A stretch of DNA of 59,863 bases from a virus. Location of the stretch: IMG/VR virus record IMGVR_UViG_3300019477_000097; one strand, given 5' to 3'. Positions 7,233-16,384 of this stretch are shown piece after piece (position 1 is the first letter of the stretch; each line of letters starts with the position of its first letter). The notes below the pieces were generated by a model, which worked only from the letters and a program-made list of their open reading frames with translations, was not told the origin of the DNA and searched no databases. The translations under genes were made by a program, and so were the position numbers.

Positions 7233-7740
7233 ATTGACTGTTTATGCCCTCGCAGGTGTGGTTATAGCCACATTTGCGGGCATAACGGGCGGCTACCTTG
7301 TCAACAGGCACTGGCAAGGTAAGTGGAACGAAGAAATGTTGCGACAACAAAAGGAAATTGTTAAGCACAAGACCGAAGTTCGCAACATGGAACGTAAATC
7401 TGTCGAAGCTGTTGCCAAAATAGATGAAGAAAAAACTGCACAATTAAAGGAAGCCCGAGATGAAATTGACACTCTTCGCAGTAAGTTGTCTAATGGTACT
7501 ATCCGCTTGCGGTCATGTCCAACCGCCGCCGTGTCAGTGCGAACAACCGAAGTTAGCCCCCGTGCCAGCGTGGATAACCGACACGAAACCAAACAAGAAG
7601 ACGATTCAGAACGAGTTGGACAACATATTCTCAACATCGCCGAGCAAGCAAACATCGCAATAGGTCAGCGTGATGCTTGCGTTGCCATTTTAAAAGCTGA
7701 CCGTGAAATAGGAACTCAAGATGGAAAAACAAATCAGTGA
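7207..7740 (+). CDS. i-spanin (Rz-like)
   Basis: N-terminal TM segment (VYALAGVVIATFAGITGGYL) followed by a charged coiled-coil region. An embedded lipoprotein ORF lies in another frame. Confidence 0.75.
   Translation: MITKLLTNKLTVYALAGVVIATFAGITGGYLVNRHWQGKWNEEMLRQQKEIVKHKTEVRNMERKSVEAVAKIDEEKTAQLKEARDEIDTLRSKLSNGTIRLRSCPTAAVSVRTTEVSPRASVDNRHETKQEDDSERVGQHILNIAEQANIAIGQRDACVAILKADREIGTQDGKTNQ
7460..7663 (+). CDS. o-spanin (Rz1-like lipoprotein), embedded in the i-spanin gene
   Basis: Signal peptide with the lipobox LSAC (MKLTLFAVSCLMVLSAC) and a Pro-rich mature part. The ORF is fully embedded, out of frame, in 7207..7740. Confidence 0.7.
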   Translation: MKLTLFAVSCLMVLSACGHVQPPPCQCEQPKLAPVPAWITDTKPNKKTIQNELDNIFSTSPSKQTSQ

Positions 7741-8200
7741 ACACTTCAGTTTTCGAGAACTGACACGTAGCGAGTCCGCTCGACGTGCTGGTATCGAAAA
7801 CACCCCTACCGCAGCAGAAATGGACAACATTTACTACACGGCGCAACAGTTGGAGAAAATCCGCGAATACGTTGGACGTGGCATTGTTGTAACATCTTGC
7901 TTCCGTAGTGACCGTGTAAATAAATTGGTCGGCGGTAGCCCGACATCCGCACACCGCTTCGGTTTGGCAGCAGACTGCGATGCAATCGGTTTGACTTCTT
8001 TGGCATTTGCCAAAGAGTTGATTAAGATGCGTGACGCTGGTAAATTGGTATTCGACCAGTTGATTCTGGAATTTCCAGAACGCGGTGACGGTGCATGGGT
8101 TCACATTGGATTCCGTCGTAACGCCCCTATGCGTAACCAAATCCTTACTGCAACCAAGAAAAACGGTAAAACTGTCTATCTGCAAGGTTTGCACGTCTAA
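7721..8200 (+). CDS. Endolysin, peptidase M15-type (L-alanyl-D-glutamate / D-Ala-D-Ala peptidase family)
   Basis: FSFRELTRS, SxxR..N and HRFGLAADCD metal-ligand pattern. It sits in the lysis cassette. Confidence 0.8.
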   Translation: MEKQISEHFSFRELTRSESARRAGIENTPTAAEMDNIYYTAQQLEKIREYVGRGIVVTSCFRSDRVNKLVGGSPTSAHRFGLAADCDAIGLTSLAFAKELIKMRDAGKLVFDQLILEFPERGDGAWVHIGFRRNAPMRNQILTATKKNGKTVYLQGLHV

Positions 8201-8209
8201 ATAATAACT

Positions 8210-8256
8210 CCCGCGCTTAGAAGAAACCAAAATATCGGGCGCGGGCTTTCTTTCTG
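8210..8256 (+). terminator. Terminator candidate after the lysis cassette
   Basis: cccgcgc / gcgcggg gives a 7-bp GC stem with a long 22-nt loop, followed by CTTTCTTTCT. Confidence 0.4.
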
Positions 8257-8265
8257 CTCACTATC

Positions 8266-8460
8266 ATGTTTAATTGCTTAAAATTTTGTGAAAGAATGTT
8301 GGAAATATCCAAAGAAAAATCTCGTGTAGCGAGTGAAAATGCGGACTTTAAAGCGTTTTCAGAAGCTCAAGTGGATATTCAGAATTACGAGGGAATGCGA
8401 GACTATTATAATCGGTCTATTGAGGAAGCGGCTGCTAAATCAGTTGACAAACGACAATAA
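8266..8460 (+). CDS. Hypothetical protein (64 aa)
   Basis: ORF-track ORF with no clear RBS. An alternative start is at 8296. Confidence 0.4.
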   Translation: MFNCLKFCERMLEISKEKSRVASENADFKAFSEAQVDIQNYEGMRDYYNRSIEEAAAKSVDKRQ

Positions 8461-8501
8461 TTGTGGTTATATAGGGGTTCAAAATTATTTGGAAGAATAA
8501 C

Positions 8502-8972
8502 ATGAACAAAGTAAATCCACTTGGTGTTCTGGATAAGGGCTTGTTAGCTCCTGAATTGAGCGAAGATGAAAAAGCTCTTCGTGACTTGTTCGTGCTTGAG
8601 TATGTTAAAGACTTCCATCCTGTTAACGCTTGCTTGAGAATGGGTTTGCAAGTTCCGTATGCGAACGACTGGGCTATCCGTTTTATGGAAGAGTCCTACG
8701 TCCAACAGCAAATCTCAAACGTAACAGGACGCAGACAGTTAACTGAAGAAGAGGTTAAAGCTAAGGACAAGGAACTTATTTTAACCACACTTCGCATTGC
8801 AATGCAGGACGGTCCACACGCATCGCGCGTATCTGCAGCAAAACAGATGGCAGCTATGCACGGCTTTGACCGTGCTGAAATTGAAGATGGTACTAAGGTA
8901 CTGATAGACGTGTTCAAGGACATTGCTGTCGGTATGGCACAACAGGATAGAAAAGATGGCAGTCAAAGTTGA
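8502..8972 (+). CDS. terS: Terminase small subunit
   Basis: The pattern FVLEYVKDFHPVNACLRMGL matches the small-terminase HTH pattern. It lies upstream of terL. Confidence 0.7.
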   Translation: MNKVNPLGVLDKGLLAPELSEDEKALRDLFVLEYVKDFHPVNACLRMGLQVPYANDWAIRFMEESYVQQQISNVTGRRQLTEEEVKAKDKELILTTLRIAMQDGPHASRVSAAKQMAAMHGFDRAEIEDGTKVLIDVFKDIAVGMAQQDRKDGSQS

Positions 8973-9528
8973 TACTTTGCCAAAACGATTGGCAGCAAGC
9001 ACGGTTTACGCGGCAGCGGATTACGGAATTGTGGTTACAAATGCCGCAAGTGACATCATTTTGAGCCTTTACGGGCAATACTATTATCGTATGTATGGGG
9101 ATTACTCTACCATACAAGAGATTCAGGCTGCAATGGCAGCCCGCAATTCGCTTGTACTTGTTGCAAATGGTGCAAACGGTGGCAATGCTGGGGCAGGGAG
9201 CGGCACAGGCGGCACACCCGCACCCGCTACACCCACACCAACACCAACGCCAAGCGGCGTAAATATAGGCGAGTTTTACGCCGAATATCACGAGGGTTAT
9301 ATTGATGTCAGCACTATCCAAAAAGAGAAAAACACTTATTTCTCTTTGGCTTTCCCTAAACCTTTTAGCAAAAAGCCCGATGTGTTTGAAATTACCGCAG
9401 AAACCACAGATAAAAGTAAGAAAATTGTCATCTACACGAGCGAGTTGACAAAAACTGGTTTCAAAGTTTCAACCAATTATCCGGAAGCTTTGCGCGGTAT
9501 TCTGTTCCGTGCTGGTGTTTTTAAATAA
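8956..9528 (+). CDS. Hypothetical two-domain protein between terS and terL (Gly/Thr/Pro linker; C-terminal H-type-lectin-like pattern)
   Basis: ATG at 8956 with an AGGA RBS. The linker is GGNAGAGSGTGGTPAPATPTPTPTPS. The C-terminal pattern FSLAFPKPFSKKPDVF...TKTGFKV resembles an H-lectin domain (weak, by eye). Confidence 0.55.
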   Translation: MAVKVDTLPKRLAASTVYAAADYGIVVTNAASDIILSLYGQYYYRMYGDYSTIQEIQAAMAARNSLVLVANGANGGNAGAGSGTGGTPAPATPTPTPTPSGVNIGEFYAEYHEGYIDVSTIQKEKNTYFSLAFPKPFSKKPDVFEITAETTDKSKKIVIYTSELTKTGFKVSTNYPEALRGILFRAGVFK

Positions 9529-10856
9529 TGTCCCAAGTATCAAAGCTAATCATTGAGCGTCAAAAAGCTCGATGGTATCCGTTAAAAGCACACCCTGTCC
9601 AGTTGGCATTGGACAGGGCGGTTGATGACGGAATACGCTTTCCTGTGGTTCCAGCAGGTCGCCGTTCAGGTAAAACAGAACGCGCTAAACGGTTTTTAGC
9701 GCGTCAAGCGATGTATTATCCGAATGAGAAATACTTTGCCGCAGCCCCGACTGTCAACCAAGCCAAGAAAATCTGGTGGGACGATTTAAAAGCTTTGACT
9801 ATTTCTTGTATGCACCCGCGCCCGCCGTCAGAGTCCGAGCTAAAAATCTTTTTACCAAACGGAACTGAGATTCACGTTATTGGTCTAGACCAACCGCAAC
9901 GTATCGAGGGTATTAACTGGACTGGTGGTATTATTGATGAGATTGCGGACGTTAAAGGGTCTGCGTTGCAAGAAAACATCATGCCTGCATTGAACACTGT
10001 TAATCCAACACGCCCTTACTATCGCGCTTGGTGCTGGTTTATCGGTGTGCCGGACGGTCTTAACCATTATTATGATATGTACGAGTACGCTATTAAAGGT
10101 GAAGACCCAGACTACAAAGTGTTCCACTGGAAGTCTGAAGAGATTTTGCCGGAAGACGTTATTGCGGCGGCGAAGCGTACCATGTCCGCTAGACAGTATA
10201 ATCAAGAGTATTGCGCGTCCTTTGAGACAGCCAGTGGTCGTATTTATGAGGACTATTGCGCGGATAACTTCACACACGCCGAGCTACAACCAACCGAAGA
10301 AATACATTGGATGCACGACCAAAACTTTACACCGTTGTCCTCTGCGATTGCGGTTATCCGTGACGACATTCCGTATTTTGTGGATGAAATTATTTTGGAA
10401 CACGCGGTATCCCGCGAGTCCGCCAAAGAGTTTGTGGAAAAATTTAAAGACCATAAGAATAAAAAGGTTTTCATCTACGGAGACCCCGCAGGTCGTTCTG
10501 GCGAGAAGCACGGTCACAAATCAGATTATGATGAGATTGAAGAAGTGTTGCGTTTGCACGGTTGGAAGTACGAACGCCGTGTAAAACACAAGCATCCGGC
10601 GATTAAAGACCGTCAAAATGCGGTACGCGCCCTTATTCTTAACGCAGAAGGTCAGGTGCGGTTGTTTGTGAACACCAGCAAAGCCCCTTACTGTCATAAA
10701 GGTTTAGCCACAGTTCAGCTGAAAGAGGGTTCTAGCTTTCAGGAAGACCAAACAAACCAGTATCAACATATCACAACCGCAATCGGTTACTTTGTGGACT
10801 GGCATTGGTCTGTTGGCTCTATTAAATTTACGTCCTCAAGGACAAAAGGAACTTAA
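9528..10856 (+). CDS. terL: Terminase large subunit
   Basis: Walker A-like PAGRRSGKT and Walker B GGIIDEIAD. It is 442 aa and lies directly upstream of the portal gene. Confidence 0.9.
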   Translation: MSQVSKLIIERQKARWYPLKAHPVQLALDRAVDDGIRFPVVPAGRRSGKTERAKRFLARQAMYYPNEKYFAAAPTVNQAKKIWWDDLKALTISCMHPRPPSESELKIFLPNGTEIHVIGLDQPQRIEGINWTGGIIDEIADVKGSALQENIMPALNTVNPTRPYYRAWCWFIGVPDGLNHYYDMYEYAIKGEDPDYKVFHWKSEEILPEDVIAAAKRTMSARQYNQEYCASFETASGRIYEDYCADNFTHAELQPTEEIHWMHDQNFTPLSSAIAVIRDDIPYFVDEIILEHAVSRESAKEFVEKFKDHKNKKVFIYGDPAGRSGEKHGHKSDYDEIEEVLRLHGWKYERRVKHKHPAIKDRQNAVRALILNAEGQVRLFVNTSKAPYCHKGLATVQLKEGSSFQEDQTNQYQHITTAIGYFVDWHWSVGSIKFTSSRTKGT

Positions 10857-12353
10857 ATGTCCATTAAAAATACTCATCCTGCTTATGCCGAGAAAGTTCC
10901 TGATTGGGAAGTAATGCGCGACACCTATAAGGGTTCCCGTGTGGTTAAATCTAAAACAACGAAATACTTACCTGCGACGGCAGGTATGCTTTTGGACGGA
11001 ATGTCACACGGGTGTGATGGACTGGCTGCTTACGACAGTTATCGTTTGCGGGCAGTGTTTCCGGAATACGTTAAGGAAGCTGTGGAAAACTATGTGGGTA
11101 TGTTGTGGAGACGTCCCGCAACAATTAAGCTTCCAAAAGGTATGGAGGGAATGCGAGATTTTGCCACGCCTAACGGTGAAAGTCTTGTAAACCTGTTACG
11201 TCGTATTAACGAGGAACAACTTGTTAACGGTCGTTGTGGTTTGTTGCTGGATTTACCACAGGTAACAGAAGATACTACGTTACCTTATATTGCGCTGTAT
11301 GATGCAGAAGCTATTATTAACTGGGACGAAAACGTTATCGGCGAGGGTCATACAGAACTAAACTTTGTGGTCCTCAATGAAACATCTGTCAAACGTACAA
11401 ACGGCTTTAATTGGGAAGTTTACGAGAAGTATCGCTTGCTTCTTTTGGGCGAATTGGATGCCAATGAGTCTAACGGTGAAGCAGATTATCATCAAGGTGT
11501 ATATACTCAAGATAGCACGTTTGAATATGACCCGTCCAACATGATTACGCCTGTTTACAAAGGCGTTCCTTTAAAGGAAGTACCTTTTGTCTTTGTAAAC
11601 ACAAAAGACTTGACGTCTAACCCTGACGAACCGCCTTTGTTGGCACTGGCGAACCAATCCCTTGCAATTTACCGTGCAGAAGCAGATTACCGCCAGACCC
11701 TTTACATGATGGGTCAGGACACCCTTGTGATTATCGGAGCTATGAATCGTGAAGAGGATGAAAAAGTGCGTATTGGTTCAGGCGCAGCCCTACACATTGA
11801 GCAGGGCGGCGACGCCAAATTCATTGGCGTTGACGGTCGTGGTTTGCCGGAACAACGTTATGCACTGGTAAACGACCGCTTACGCGCGGAAATCCAAAGT
11901 GGTCAGTTGTCTAATTCTAACGACAAAGTAGAATCCGGTATCGCCTTGCAAACACGTCTTGGCGCACAAACTTCCACACTGATGCAGATTGCCATTAGCG
12001 GCGCGGCAGCCCTTGAGAAAATCCTCAAACTATGTGCCAAGTGGATGGGATTGAACGAGAGTGAAGTTGAAGTTCATCCTAACCTTGAGTTTGCCGTTAA
12101 CGATTTGGAAGGTCAAGACTTGCTGATGTATATGCAGGCAATCCAACTTGGCGCACCGATTTCTCACGAAAGCGTCCACCGCCTTGCCCTGTCTAAAGGT
12201 TTAACCACAATGACATACGAGGACGAGTTAATCCAAATTGAAAAAGAGATTAAAGAGGGTCGTCGTGTTACAGTTCCACAAAATGCAGGTTTGCAAGTTC
12301 CAAACCCTGCTAATGACAAACCTGTTGACAAGCCGAAGGATAGCGAGGCATAA
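10857..12353 (+). CDS. Portal protein
   Basis: 498 aa, immediately after terL. The call rests on size and position. Confidence 0.75.
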   Translation: MSIKNTHPAYAEKVPDWEVMRDTYKGSRVVKSKTTKYLPATAGMLLDGMSHGCDGLAAYDSYRLRAVFPEYVKEAVENYVGMLWRRPATIKLPKGMEGMRDFATPNGESLVNLLRRINEEQLVNGRCGLLLDLPQVTEDTTLPYIALYDAEAIINWDENVIGEGHTELNFVVLNETSVKRTNGFNWEVYEKYRLLLLGELDANESNGEADYHQGVYTQDSTFEYDPSNMITPVYKGVPLKEVPFVFVNTKDLTSNPDEPPLLALANQSLAIYRAEADYRQTLYMMGQDTLVIIGAMNREEDEKVRIGSGAALHIEQGGDAKFIGVDGRGLPEQRYALVNDRLRAEIQSGQLSNSNDKVESGIALQTRLGAQTSTLMQIAISGAAALEKILKLCAKWMGLNESEVEVHPNLEFAVNDLEGQDLLMYMQAIQLGAPISHESVHRLALSKGLTTMTYEDELIQIEKEIKEGRRVTVPQNAGLQVPNPANDKPVDKPKDSEA

Positions 12354-12388
12354 TAGCCACGCTATTCACAATTAATTGGAGATTCAAA

Positions 12389-13198
12389 ATGGCATTACAA
12401 ATTATCGTAGAGACTCTGGATGACGTTGACGAAAAATACCATGACCTCTACACAGAAAAAGACGGTAAGTTCCAGCTGACTGGTGTTGAGGGTATGAAAA
12501 CCCAAGCGGACATCGACCGTTTGCAAACCGCATTGACAAAAGAACGTGCGGAACATAAAAACCTGAAAGAACGCGTCAAGATTTTTGAGGGTCGTAAGTT
12601 TGAGGACATTCAAGCAGACCTCGACCGTATTCCAGAACTGGAAGCCGCCGCTAAAGGCGACAAAAACGTGGACGAACTTGTTGAAGCCAAGCTCCGCGCC
12701 AAAATTGTTCCTATTGAGCGCGAACGCGACAAATACGCCAAAGAACTGGAAGAGGCTAAAGCCACTATCGGTAACTACGAAAACGCAAGCCGTGTTCGTA
12801 AAATTCAGGACAGTATCCGCTCGGCGGTCGGTAAGCAACAAGGCTTCCAAAAATCCGCTATTGAGGACGCTATCACATTGGGCGAACGCCTGTTTGAAGT
12901 TCTCGACGATGGCACTGTGGTTACAAAAGACAATGTCGGTGTAACTCCTGGAATTACCGCTGAAGATTGGTTGTCAGACCGTAAGAACGACAAACCTCAC
13001 TGGTGGGGTAGTTCACAAGGCGGCGGCGCGGCAGGTAGTCGCGGTGCAAGTTCAACTGCTGACAATCCTTGGACTAACGCTGGCTGGAACTTGACTAAAC
13101 AAGGTCAAATTATCCGCGATGACCCTAAACGTGCAGAACAGCTTGCCCGCGCCGCTGGCACTCAAATCGGCGGTCCGAAACCCGAAGCTAAAAAATAA
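12389..13198 (+). CDS. Scaffolding protein (putative)
   Basis: Highly charged coiled-coil protein located between the portal and capsid genes. Confidence 0.6.
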   Translation: MALQIIVETLDDVDEKYHDLYTEKDGKFQLTGVEGMKTQADIDRLQTALTKERAEHKNLKERVKIFEGRKFEDIQADLDRIPELEAAAKGDKNVDELVEAKLRAKIVPIERERDKYAKELEEAKATIGNYENASRVRKIQDSIRSAVGKQQGFQKSAIEDAITLGERLFEVLDDGTVVTKDNVGVTPGITAEDWLSDRKNDKPHWWGSSQGGGAAGSRGASSTADNPWTNAGWNLTKQGQIIRDDPKRAEQLARAAGTQIGGPKPEAKK

Positions 13199-13201
13199 TC
13201 G

Positions 13202-13230
13202 TTGACAATTTTAAGCAGCCGTGTTACAGT
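13202..13230 (+). promoter_or_regulatory. Sigma70-like promoter candidate (TTGACA-17-TACAGT) before the capsid gene
   Basis: Perfect -35 TTGACA at 13202-13207, a 17-nt spacer, and TACAGT at 13225-13230. It overlaps the stem-loop at 13213..13254, so its status is ambiguous. Confidence 0.3.
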
Positions 13231-13262
13231 ATCTTGAATGTAGCATGGCTGCTTTAATTTTT
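13213..13262 (+). terminator. Stem-loop plus T-rich tail between scaffold and capsid genes (partial terminator/attenuator candidate)
   Basis: aagcagcc / ggctgctt, extendable to 13 bp with 2 mismatches, followed by TAATTTTT. Confidence 0.45.
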
Positions 13263-13321
13263 GAGTCTAGGGTCTTGAGGACGTAGACTTTAACTCCTAA
13301 TTTCAATCTGAGGATATACAA

Positions 13322-14353
13322 ATGACAGTCCGTATTTCTGACGTTGTTGTACCGGAAATTTTCAACCCCTACGTCCAACAACTCACCCAAGAAAAATGCC
13401 GCCTGATTCAATCCGGTGCTTTGCAACTGGACAGCGGTTTGTCCGCTGACTTGGCTGGCGGTGGTTTAACTTTCAATCGCCCGTTCTGGAACGATTTGGC
13501 TAATGAAGACGAGAACGTCACTACTGATGACCCGTCTCAAAAATCCACTCCTTCCAAAATTACCACTGGTAACGAAATCCAAGTTCGCATGAATCGTAAC
13601 AAATCATGGTCTAGCATGGACTTGGTTGCTGACTTGGCTGGTTCCGACCCTATGGCTGCTATTGCCGACCGCGTTTCATATTACTGGGCGCGTCGCTTGC
13701 AAGCTGCTTTTATCGCAACCATGAAAGGCGTGTTTGCCGACAATGCCGCCGCTCCTACTGCTAACGAACACATTTTGAATGACTTGACATTCGACGTTCG
13801 CGGTACTACTTATCAACAAGGCGTGACCGACTTCAACGGTGGTTCGTTCCTGGATGCTTGCCTCACTATGGGCGACAGCATGGACCGTCTGTCTATGGTG
13901 ATGGTTCACTCCGTTGTCTACAACAATATGCTGAAACGCAACTTGATTGAGTTCATTCCGGTCTCAATCAACAACCACGCTGTCAAAATCGCTCACTACT
14001 TGGGTCGCCAAGTGATTGTGGACGACAGTATGCCTATGATTGAAAAAGGCGTATTCGAGTCCTGGCTGTTTGAGGGTGGCGCGGTTAAACTGGGTCACGG
14101 TATGCCCGCAGTTCCAACCGAAGTTGAACGCAAACCTGACGCTGGTAACGGCGGCGGTCAAGAAATCCTCTACAACCGTCAACAGTTTGCTATCCACCCC
14201 GTGGGTCATGCTTACGTTGGCACACCTGCCAAAGGCGGTCCAAGCAACGAAGCAACCGCAAACAATCTGGCGCACAAAGACTCTTGGAAGCGCGTGTTCC
14301 CTGAACGCAAACAAATCAAGATTGCTCGCTTGATTACCCGCGAATACAAATAA
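13322..14353 (+). CDS. Major capsid protein
   Basis: 343 aa in the position after the scaffold gene. There is a good GAGGA-like RBS region. Confidence 0.75.
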   Translation: MTVRISDVVVPEIFNPYVQQLTQEKCRLIQSGALQLDSGLSADLAGGGLTFNRPFWNDLANEDENVTTDDPSQKSTPSKITTGNEIQVRMNRNKSWSSMDLVADLAGSDPMAAIADRVSYYWARRLQAAFIATMKGVFADNAAAPTANEHILNDLTFDVRGTTYQQGVTDFNGGSFLDACLTMGDSMDRLSMVMVHSVVYNNMLKRNLIEFIPVSINNHAVKIAHYLGRQVIVDDSMPMIEKGVFESWLFEGGAVKLGHGMPAVPTEVERKPDAGNGGGQEILYNRQQFAIHPVGHAYVGTPAKGGPSNEATANNLAHKDSWKRVFPERKQIKIARLITREYK

Positions 14354-14361
14354 TCCTAAAC

Positions 14362-14399
14362 TGTGGTTATAGAGGGTTTAACGACTTTCTATAACCACA
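14362..14399. repeat. Perfect 11-bp inverted repeat made of two octamer copies (TGTGGTTATAG ... CTATAACCACA)
   Basis: Arms at 14362-14372 and 14389-14399 with a 16-nt loop. It lies between the capsid stop (14353) and the next start (14412). Confidence 0.9.
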
Positions 14400-14411
14400 T
14401 TGGAGACCGAA

Positions 14412-15074
14412 ATGCAAAACATTATTGACGCGTTGAAAAAATTGGACGTTTCAAATGACAATCACTGGACAGTCGATGGACAACCGCGTCTGGACACTGT
14501 CAAAATGCTCGCAGCAGACCCTTCTGTTACCCGAGACACCATCAATGCGATTGCGCCGGATTTCAACCGAGAAACCGCCGCAAGCTGGGAACCGAAGCAA
14601 GAAAACGAGCAAGTTCAGACCACGTCCGATAACGAACAAAGCACAGAAGACCAACCGCAAGAAAAACCTGTTGAAGCAACAGGAACAAGTGGAAATGATG
14701 CTGAACAGCAACCTCAAAATCCGGAAGCCAAACCGAGCGAAGAGGTAGCTGAAACTAATCTTGAACTCTTGGAAAAAGCTCTTGCGGACGCAGAAGCTAA
14801 AACGGCAGAAAAACGCTTGGCTAAAGAACAAGCTGACGCTGATTATGCCGCTGCTTTGCAAGAAGAGGATGCCGCCCGAATCGCTTTTGACAATGCAAAA
14901 CCAAAAACGCACGAATTGGATCCAATTCACGGCTATCTGAACGCTCAACTGGAACAGAACAGCGAACGTAGCCGCGTTGTTGAAGCATTGCGTGAAGCTG
15001 GTGTTACTCCAGAAGTTCTGCAAAAGTTAGCAGGCGTGAATCCAACGGATTTAGCTTACTCCACTAAGAAATAG
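14412..15074 (+). CDS. Acidic Glu/Gln/Ala-rich structural-module protein (220 aa)
   Basis: GGAG 6 nt before the ATG at 14412. It lies after the capsid gene and could be a decoration or head-associated protein. Confidence 0.6.
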   Translation: MQNIIDALKKLDVSNDNHWTVDGQPRLDTVKMLAADPSVTRDTINAIAPDFNRETAASWEPKQENEQVQTTSDNEQSTEDQPQEKPVEATGTSGNDAEQQPQNPEAKPSEEVAETNLELLEKALADAEAKTAEKRLAKEQADADYAAALQEEDAARIAFDNAKPKTHELDPIHGYLNAQLEQNSERSRVVEALREAGVTPEVLQKLAGVNPTDLAYSTKK

Positions 15075-15081
15075 GTTTATC

Positions 15082-15600
15082 ATGTCGCTCATTGTTGAAG
15101 ACGGTTCTATTGTGCCAGACGCGAATAGTTATGTTGCCCTCGTTGACGCAGATAACTATTTCACAGCACGGAATAACCATGTGTGGTTATCGCTGGAACA
15201 GGACGCTAAAGAAGCACTCCTAATTGCAGCAACAGACTACATAGAACTTCGCTTTGGGCGACGCTTCCTCGGAAAGAAGAAGCAGGATAATCAGCCGTTA
15301 AGTTTCCCTAGAACAGGGATTCCTTACATTGCCCCAATTCCGGAAGTTCTTAAAAAAGCGTGTTTTGAATACGCCATTCGAGCTAATAGCGGTCCACTTG
15401 TTCCAGACCCTAAGTTTGACGAATCCGGTATGGCTTTAACAGTTCGCCGCAAAAAGGTCGGACCGCTGGAAACAGAAATGCGGACGCCATCAAAAGGCGT
15501 TGGTTCTACAGTAACATTATTTAGACCCTATCCGGGCGCAGACTATCTGTTGACTGATTTGCTCGGAAGTTCTTGTGAAAACAGGTGGATTAGAAACTAA
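15082..15600 (+). CDS. Head-tail connector / DNA-packaging (gp6-like) protein
   Basis: The N-terminal pattern SYVALVDADNYF...EALLIAATDYIE is typical of head-tail connector family proteins (recalled). Confidence 0.55.
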   Translation: MSLIVEDGSIVPDANSYVALVDADNYFTARNNHVWLSLEQDAKEALLIAATDYIELRFGRRFLGKKKQDNQPLSFPRTGIPYIAPIPEVLKKACFEYAIRANSGPLVPDPKFDESGMALTVRRKKVGPLETEMRTPSKGVGSTVTLFRPYPGADYLLTDLLGSSCENRWIRN

Positions 15601-15971
15601 TGTTGCCAACCGAATATATGTGGGTGGAAGAAATGATTGCGGAAAACGGGCGTGAAGTAACGCTCGTTATTCCTAGCAACGAACCCGCAGATCCTGATAA
15701 ACCGTGGAACGGTTTTAAAAAACAAGACACTGAAATCAAACAGATGGGTGTCTTTGTTCCGTCGTACACGGCGCAAAAGGACTTCGGTTTGTCATTAAAG
15801 GAAGAGGACTTGCTTGCGGAATGTGAACAATTTGTCCTTTTCTCAGGTATTAACCGTCTTGTGGACGCGCGTTTCATTATTGACGATGGTGTTAAGTGGC
15901 GTGTCGTGTTCTTAAGTGAATTACGTCCAGGAAAACATGAATTGTTTTACGCAGTAGGGGTAAAACGATGA
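15600..15971 (+). CDS. Head-tail joining module protein (hypothetical)
   Basis: The ORF is translationally coupled (ATG overlaps the preceding stop). The call rests on position. Confidence 0.6.
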   Translation: MLPTEYMWVEEMIAENGREVTLVIPSNEPADPDKPWNGFKKQDTEIKQMGVFVPSYTAQKDFGLSLKEEDLLAECEQFVLFSGINRLVDARFIIDDGVKWRVVFLSELRPGKHELFYAVGVKR

Positions 15972-16378
15972 ATTACTTGGAAGCTCGCGATAAAATCCAT
16001 GCCCCTTTTTACAATATTTGGAAAGAGACAGGTTATCCTGTTGTCTGGGAAGATAATTTGGCAAAGCCACCGTCCATAGAAACTTGCTGGGCGCGTGTAA
16101 CGATTGCCCATGTCAGCGCAGGACAGACATCACTTGGCTGTGGTAATGACAAGCGGCGTTATGAACGAATTGGGCAGTTGAATATCCAGCTGTTTGCTCC
16201 CGTGCATGATGGTAATGTTAGGCTTTACGAACTGGGTCAGCAAATAGTTGATTCGTATCAAGCAGTAAGATACGACGATTTATGGTTTAGGCGTGTTTCT
16301 TTGTTAGAGGCAATGCCGGAAGGTGCGTTTCAGCAGATGAATGTGAGCGCGATTTTTACTTATGAAGATATAAGGTGA
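15968..16378 (+). CDS. Tail terminator/completion-like protein
   Basis: Lies just before the major tail gene. The pattern is DUF4128-like (weak). Confidence 0.5.
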   Translation: MNYLEARDKIHAPFYNIWKETGYPVVWEDNLAKPPSIETCWARVTIAHVSAGQTSLGCGNDKRRYERIGQLNIQLFAPVHDGNVRLYELGQQIVDSYQAVRYDDLWFRRVSLLEAMPEGAFQQMNVSAIFTYEDIR

Positions 16379-16384
16379 TTTAAA

